This document shows, piece by piece, positions 56,294 to 64,000 of a stretch of DNA of 64,000 nt (the stretch's first letter is position 1; each line of letters begins with the position of its first letter). This DNA comes from the human T2T-CHM13v2.0 reference genome, Homo sapiens, in the NCBI RefSeq assembly GCF_009914755.1, contig NC_060941.1. One strand, 5' to 3'. Under the pieces are notes generated by a model, which searched no databases, was not told the origin of the DNA, and saw nothing but the letters and a program-made list of their open reading frames with translations. The position numbers and the translations under genes were made by a program.

Positions 56294-56327
56294 TGTAGCT
56301 TCTGAACCTAGTCACTAGAGGGCAGTG
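56294..56327 (+). promoter_or_regulatory. Candidate CTCF binding site
   Basis: Core TCACTAGAGGGCAGTG (56312-56327) versus consensus CCASYAGRKGGCRS; upstream TGTAGCTTC (56294-56302) resembles the ZF9-11 module. Confidence 0.6.
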
Positions 56328-57446
56328 TGGAACCATCCCATTGCCCACAACTGCGGTTCCCCAAGAATCTAGGTTGCAGAGGTTGCAGGAAGCTGGCCTA
56401 TGGCTGAGAGCCTAGGAGGCTACATGACTCCAAGGGCCCAGTACCATTCTGCAGAATCGACCCTGAGGATGCTCCTAGCATCTCCGTATTTCTTGCCAGC
56501 CTGCCCACTAGGTGCTTTCAAGTGGCTGCCTCAGCACATTTCTTGATTAAGAACCAAATGCTCTTCCTAGCTCTCCACCTATAGGGATGGGGGCAGAGGC
56601 CACAGAGAGGGAAATAAACGTCTCCTTAACATCCCCATTCTCATTTCTAATAAAGGCAGGCTTACTGTGAAGGGCCTGCAATATAACTGCTCCACTTTGA
56701 AGAACAACAGGTAGCAGCATCAATATTTGATTTTTAAAAGGTTGTGTGAACAGTTTTAAATATTAAAGATAAAGGCAAAGACTTAGATCATCTTTTTATC
56801 TCAGCAGTTGAAGATTTTAAATGAAAAATGGTGCTAATGAGCAGAATAAGACTGTTCACCCATCAAATGGTATCTGGTTGCAATAAAGCAAAATCATTTT
56901 GGGGTTGGGGGGAGAAGGGGTGGGAAGCAATATCTGTACCAGAGAAGTTTTCTGTTCATTATCTCTGTAATGAGAGAAAAATAAAGCCACTCTGCTGGAG
57001 TAACTTTCTTCTATCTCATCGTGGGCTGTTTAGCTCCCTCAATGAGTGGTCTGGGACAGGCTCCGAGAAACCTCATAAATTAACTATCCAACTTCCTGGC
57101 TAATGAGCCCAATATGTCAATTTCTAGTGATCAAAATGATGCAATTCAATACAGCACAGTTCATTTTGTAAGGAAATATACTCTTAATAGAGAGAACTGC
57201 AGGGTCACCGTCTTCCCAAGATAATTATGGGCCAGAGAATTAGAGGCGTGGAGCTGTACTTACTGTCTGGAGATATCCCATGGGGTTTGTGTGGCAGATA
57301 TTGTCTTTCAGGGACAATAAATTCCTTCATTATATTTCCATTACTGCATTAATGCAGCGATCTCCATTTTAGTTGTAACCAAGAAGGCTGGTTATTCCTG
57401 AAACTTGGCATTTAATGCTAATGAGAGCTTGCAAGGCAGGCAGCTC

Positions 57447-57448
<2 letters not shown>

Positions 57449-57484
<36 letters not shown>

Positions 57485-57488
57485 TGTG
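57449..57488. repeat. (TG)n microsatellite with one interruption
   Basis: (TG)14 TA (TG)5. Confidence 0.93.
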
Positions 57489-59104
57489 CATGCATGTGTT
57501 TAGGGGGGGTTGGGTATAGACAATCCAGCAGAAATGTCAAGAACTAGAAGGTACCAGGGAGAGTCTGGAGGGCTGAGATGGCTCTGACCAGACAGACAGA
57601 TGGATATCTGGAAGAGTCAGGGGTAAGTAGTCTGAGAGCCAAGAGTAAATTACAGCTGAAGAGAGAAGCTGAGATCACTACGAGGTAAGCAGTGCCAAGT
57701 GTGAAATCCAGCCTGAGAAAGCAGGTGGTCCTGAAGGTGAAACAAACAGATGCAATTCAAAAACAGGAATGCCGGGCAGCAAAAGGGTTCAGGAATGCTC
57801 GGAAGTAAGCAATGGTGCTGTAAACTCATCCTAATTCAGGGTTGCCTACGAGGTATGAGAAAAAACCAGGCACTTGGTGGTGGAGCCAAAGGCAGCCCTA
57901 GCCAATGATATCTCTTTAAAAGGCTCCAGCTCAAGGTAGACCCTCTAAGAGCAAGGACTCCATGTTCAGGCTTGCTGGAATTGCTTGATTCTATAATCTG
58001 CACCCCAAAATAAGGTACTTATTTGGTTTTAAAGTTAGAAGTGGATGAAAATGAATTCCACAAGTCTCCATGTGAGAGCTGATGAAGCTCCAGCATGCTA
58101 TCTAACCATGCTGGAAGGCTCTGATCTGGCAGGGAGAACCAGGTGGGAAATACTGGTTTCACTAGCATTTTTCAACTTGATTCCAGTGGAGTGGACAGGC
58201 AACATAGTAGGAGAAAGGACAGCTCCTGGGGTCAGGTTCAAGTTCTGGCTCCTTTGCTCTTAGCTTCATGGTGTTGGGCAGGTTGCTTAACTTCTCTGAG
58301 CTGTGGTTTCCTTAGCTGACATTTAATTTGCTGGGCAATCTATCTATTTGCAGGGAAGTGGGGAGATAAATGAATATGTCAGTTTGCTTATTTTTGCTTA
58401 TTTTTATTTCTCCAACACCAAAGATAAGAAAAAATAAGTTATAAACAGAATCAGGATTCTTTCCCTTGAAGCAATTCTTATCTAAAATGGACTTTAGTCA
58501 GGAAAGTAAGGTTGCTGTTAACTCAAGTAACTTGGGAAAATAATTGTGAAAAGAAAAATTTTCCATGAATCAGAGAGCTCAAAATTATAATATGTTAATT
58601 AGGAAGTGTTTACTTAAGGTGAGAAGTGGATTGTGCTAAGTTCAACATCCTGCCAGAGGTCCTCGATAGGCAATGACTGGCAATGCCCGTTAGCTTGCTC
58701 CATCCTTGCAATAAAACTCATTGTCCAGAAGTCTTGGGAGGTGCCTTGGTAGAGATCAGTTGCTATTTAAAAAATCTCTAACTGTTGACTTTTACCTTGT
58801 CTTGGCCATTGACTAAATCCAACTATTGTGCACTGAGTGTTTACTAACTGCAAGTTCATTTTAAATGTTCTCTCATTTGATCTTTATAATAATTGCATGA
58901 GGAGGGTTTAATTATGCCTGTATTTAGAGATGAGAAAACTGAGGCTCAGGGAGTTTAGCTTAATCACATGGTTAGCTACTAATAGAAGAAGAGGGGAGTT
59001 TCACACTCATACTTCATTCATCCTTAGGTGAATTCCATATCTCACATTCTTTTTAGTACTTCATCCTCAGTGACCTCTGGCTTTGAGCCTCTTAAATTTG
59101 TAAA

Positions 59105-59825
59105 ACAAACTTGATATTTTGGAATAATTTCAGTAGGTCTGCAGAAAAGTTGCAAAGATAGTACACAGATTTCCATATATCCCTCACCCAGCTTCCCCTA
59201 ATGTTGACATCTTATGTAATCATTGTACATTTGTTACAACTAATAAGGTAATATTGTTTCACCACTATCAACTAAACCAGTGATCCCCCACCTTTTTGGC
59301 ATCAGGGACTGGTTTTGTGGAAGACTATTTTTCTAGGGATCTAGGGGTGGGGGGACAGCTTTGGGATGATCGAAGCACATTACATTTATTGTGCACTTTA
59401 TTTCTATTATTATTACATTGTAACATATAATGAAACAATTACACAACTCATCATAATGTAAAAGCAGTGGGAGCCCCGAGCTTTTTTTTTTTGCAACTAG
59501 ATGGTCCCATCTGGGGGTGATGGGAGACAGTGACAGATCATCAGTCATTAGATTCTCATAAGGTGGACACAACTCAAATCTCTCACATGCTTAGTTAATA
59601 ATAGGGTTCATGCTCTTAAGAGAATCTAATGCTGCCACTGATCTGACAGGAGGTAGAGCTCAGGCAGTAATGTGAGCATTGGGGAGTGGTCCATGGCCTG
59701 GGGGTTGGGGAGCGCTGAACTAAACTACAGACTTTATTTGGATCTTACCAGTTTTTTCACTTATGTCTGGTTTCTATTCCAGAATCCAAGCCGGGATACT
59801 ACATTGCATTTAGTGACTCTCAGTT
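59105..59825 (-). mobile_element. L1MC 3' end interrupted by MER1A
   Basis: TTTTGGAATAATTT...AGAAAAGTTGCAAAGATAGTAC; resumes AACTAAACTACAGACTTTATTTGGAT. Confidence 0.75.
59278..59717 (+). mobile_element. MER1A-like hAT-Charlie element
   Basis: CAGTGATCCCCCACCTTTTTGGCA...CATTACATTTATTGTGCAC...GGTTGGGGAGCGCTG; perfect 8-bp TSD AACTAAAC (59270-59277 / 59718-59725). Confidence 0.88.
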
Positions 59826-62333
59826 TTAACCTGATTATTTGCCACAATTTCCTTCGGGAAAAGTTCGGGGTAGGGATAAAGGCTAACATTTTTTGTAGCC
59901 TGGATCCACATAAAGATGTGCTTTTTTTTTTTTTTCTTGTTTATCTTTTATTTTGCTTCTGGTAGCAGCAGTTCTTAAAACTCATGGCACACGACACTTT
60001 CATTTTGGCCTGGGATCTTGGCCTGCTTGTACAATAGCTGCAAAGGTTTGGGATTGAGATTCAGCTTTCAAAAGCGACTCTCCATCACTGTCTTCTTTCA
60101 AGGACAGGAAATTTCAAATCAACTTTGGGCTTTACCATTCAGTGTGCCAAACATTCCTGAAGTTTCTACGATTGCCAATAAATAAGACATTCCATCATCT
60201 TTAAGACATCAAATCTTCTGATAAATTGAATTTCATAAAATATTGCTCTATTGATCTTAGTGCTCAACTTTCAATAAGGCAAGCCAGCAAGAGTTGCTGG
60301 CTGGTACTTTTTCTGCAATGAGGATGTCATCTGCTTACATGGGGAGAGACATTTATGAGGCCAGGGTTCCTGACTTTAAATTTCAGTTCCTGGCACTATA
60401 TCAAGTCCACAGTGATGACAGTTACCTTCTCTCCATTGCTGCTGCTTTAACTTTATAGAAAACTTTGCTTATGCTTATTAAACAATGTGGCACAAACCCT
60501 GTGAGGCTACACTGCAAGTCATGTAAGCTAGTACTTGGCACATAGTGGGTATGTGATCTCTGTTAAAGCTCTCTTTCCAGCTAGGACAAAGGAAAATCAA
60601 ACTTGTCTCAAAACTCAATTTTGAGAGTTCATCTCGTTTTCAGAAAGGAAAGGGCCGATGATGAAAACTGATGACATGGCAAGACTGAGAAGAAAAAAAC
60701 ACAGTATTTCTTCTCCACACGGTTTTTCCAGGGCTGCTCTTGAAATTGTCTGCAATGATGTGCATGTATTTTTTTTAATTTTAAAAACAAATAACATTTT
60801 TATACTTTTATAATGACAACATGTCTTGAATGCCATCTGTTCTTGCCATTTGTTAAGGCAACTCAATGAGAAAACAGCATTCGGATGACTAATATTTAGC
60901 CTGCTCATAGTTTTTAAAATGGATGGACAGATTCCCTTGAGATTACACCCCAGGATCCATGGCAAGCTGGTGGGGTGGGAGAGCTGAAGGTGGAGTTTTT
61001 GCCACTACTGGGCACACTGGGTCACTCACCCAGCATTTCTTAAGCAATCACAAGGTGCCAGGCAGTGTGCTAGAACTAGAAATATAATACAAAGATAAAA
61101 GAGAGACTCATCTCTCTTGTGGGGACTGAGGAGTAAATACACAATTCTGTACAAAATGGTAAGTGCTAAGACAGAGGTTTGCAAAGGGACGTAGTGAAAT
61201 ATGTAGAGGAAGTTAATGACTCACACCGTGTGTGTGTATTTGGGGGTGATGGGGAGTGGGTTAAAGGGTACTCAGAAACATTTCTGGGAAGGAAATAAAA
61301 CCCTGACATCAGTCTAGCAGAATTGGTAGACATCAGCTATATGTAAAAGGGGGTGGATTCAGGCTCACATAAATCCTATGAGACCAGCACAGTGCATCAA
61401 AGATATATTTCCAGTCATCCTTCTGTTTGAACTAGACCAGAGAAAAAGTGTGTTCAATATAGCTAGTGAGTTAAACACTACTTCCTGGGCACTCACCAGT
61501 GCATCCTAAAACGGTTGATCAACATGAATTGATTGTTCAGCCCCAGACCAGGTAAAGAGGGGATATAAGAGAAGCCAACGTGGTTGATGATGGGAGGGCA
61601 GCCGCAATTCAGCCACAGGCAATGATCAAATAGCAATGTGGGGCAGTGTGTAAATATGGGGGTCCATTTATGCTCAAGAAATGGGTGCATCCTCTGTTAC
61701 TCTGAGGCCATAAAGTTGCTACTCTGAGTCTTTTTTAGGCCAGTTGCTGGAGGATCTGGTGTAGAAAGGCTAGACAGGAAGGAGATCTAGGAGGCTTCCT
61801 CCCAAATCTAAGATTCTATATCTCTGTTGCTCTTTTATAGGACTGAGGTTAAACCTTTTAAAAATAGCCTCTGTAGTTTTTTTTTTTCCCTAGAGCTATT
61901 TGGGTGTGCCTGTCTGTTTTTAATTCATAAGAATGCACAGTAGCTGCACATTGTAAAATGCATTCCTGACACCCTCCCCGCCCCGCCCAGAAATAAAAAG
62001 CTTTCCAGGCATGACTTCTACGTTATTCTCTAAATCATAGTTATCTGTGGTGACCAGCAAGTTACCAAATATGGCTATAATATCCTATGTTTTCTCCATA
62101 TGCTATGGAGAAACAAAGAACCCCTAAACAATGAAAACTAAGGAGACACAAACCCTCCCCCGAGACCCTAGGCTTGGAGGGGCACGAAATAATACCACCA
62201 TTAATACTAATATTTGCTAAACTGTATTGTGCAAATTTGCTCAACTGTTTCCTCTGTTTCCTATGTGCAAGACCCTGTGCTGAGCACAGTATCTCACTGA
62301 GTCATCACAGTAATCCTGTGAGCTGGTACTGAT

Positions 62334-63069
<736 letters not shown>

Positions 63070-63839
63070 CTAATGTTACACTTGTTTTATAGATGTGAAA
63101 AGGTGCTCCTTATAATGGAGGATGATTGACCTGTCCAAAATCACAGAGCAAGATGGTGATAAAATTAGGTCACCAAGCCAGGCTTGCCCAGTGCTAAGAC
63201 TTCTCCCTATTATATCACCTCCCAGAATTAAGACAATGGAGTTTTCCCATGCCACACCCAGCATTGCCTACTCTCTGTAATGGCTATGTTGGGTCTGGAG
63301 ACTCCGATTTTCCATGAAACTCAGTAGTCATACACTTGGAAATCTCAAGTTCTGCCTTTCCCCCTTTTGGCATGGGTGGCTGTCCCACTATGTCTCAGCC
63401 TTGCCACTTCTTCCTAAATCTGAGAAAGTGAATGTTAGCCAGCCCTGACTCTTTCCTGATGACTTAGCAAGCACTGATTGAACTTGTACTTGGAACAATG
63501 GTTTCCTAGGTTCTGAGTGGCAGAATGGGGCAGGAGGGGAGGAGACCAGTGAGGCGAGGCTTGACCAATACCAAGCTGGCTAACATCAATATGGCTCTTT
63601 ACCGTTTTACAGAGAGTGTTCACACACTCATTCTCCTATGGTTCCCACACAGGAATCTCTGAAGTAGGAGCAGGCATCCCATCTCACAGGTGAGGACAAA
63701 GCCTCTCACAGAGTGTATGTGCCTCATCTGTGGCCACGTGCTCTGCAGAATCAGGGTTCAATTACCATCCCTGTGATGCCTCGTGGAGTGCTCTGCATTG
63801 CTGCTGGAATCCTATGTCTCCTCCTACTTACTTTCCTCT

Positions 63840-64000
63840 ATTTCATTCTCATACATAGCTGAACCTCTCTGTGCCTCACTTTCCTCATCTGTATATGGGG
63901 AGAACAATAGTGGCTACTGTTTTGTTGTGAAGATTAAATAAGGTAATACATGTAAAGATAGTTGAAAGAGTACATAACACATAATAATTACTTAACAAAC
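63840..64000 (+). mobile_element. MIR fragment (representative; other probable MIR relics near 3950, 5900, 14550, 16700, 21700, 28900, 30650, 47500, 54450, 58200, 58900)
   Basis: AACCTCTCTGTGCCTCACTTTCCTCATCTGTA...GTTGTGAAGATTAAAT MIR core. Confidence 0.7.

Overview
Primate (almost certainly human) genomic DNA from inside the CA10 gene (carbonic anhydrase-related protein 10), which is transcribed on the minus strand. The only protein-coding sequence I can support is one 186-bp internal exon (39392-39577, phase 0/0, AG/GT boundaries) encoding the degenerate alpha-carbonic-anhydrase zinc-site region. The rest is intron: Alu, L1, L2, MIR, LTR (MLT2, MER21, LTR33, MST, MLT1) and DNA-transposon relics, microsatellites, and a few repeat-free stretches that look like regulatory elements. 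All other ORFs in the track appear spurious. I see no evidence for a new multi-gene biological system. The most unusual local structures are: (i) a ~170-bp copy of the pre-insertion (empty) site of one MER21 LTR preserved inside a second MER21 LTR 3.3 kb away; (ii) two abutting palindromes at 29168-29216; (iii) a tail-to-tail inverted Alu pair separated only by its own tails; (iv) a strong CTCF-like site with an upstream module. Repeat subfamily names are recognised from memory, not from a database run, and repeat boundaries are approximate unless a target-site duplication (TSD) is given.
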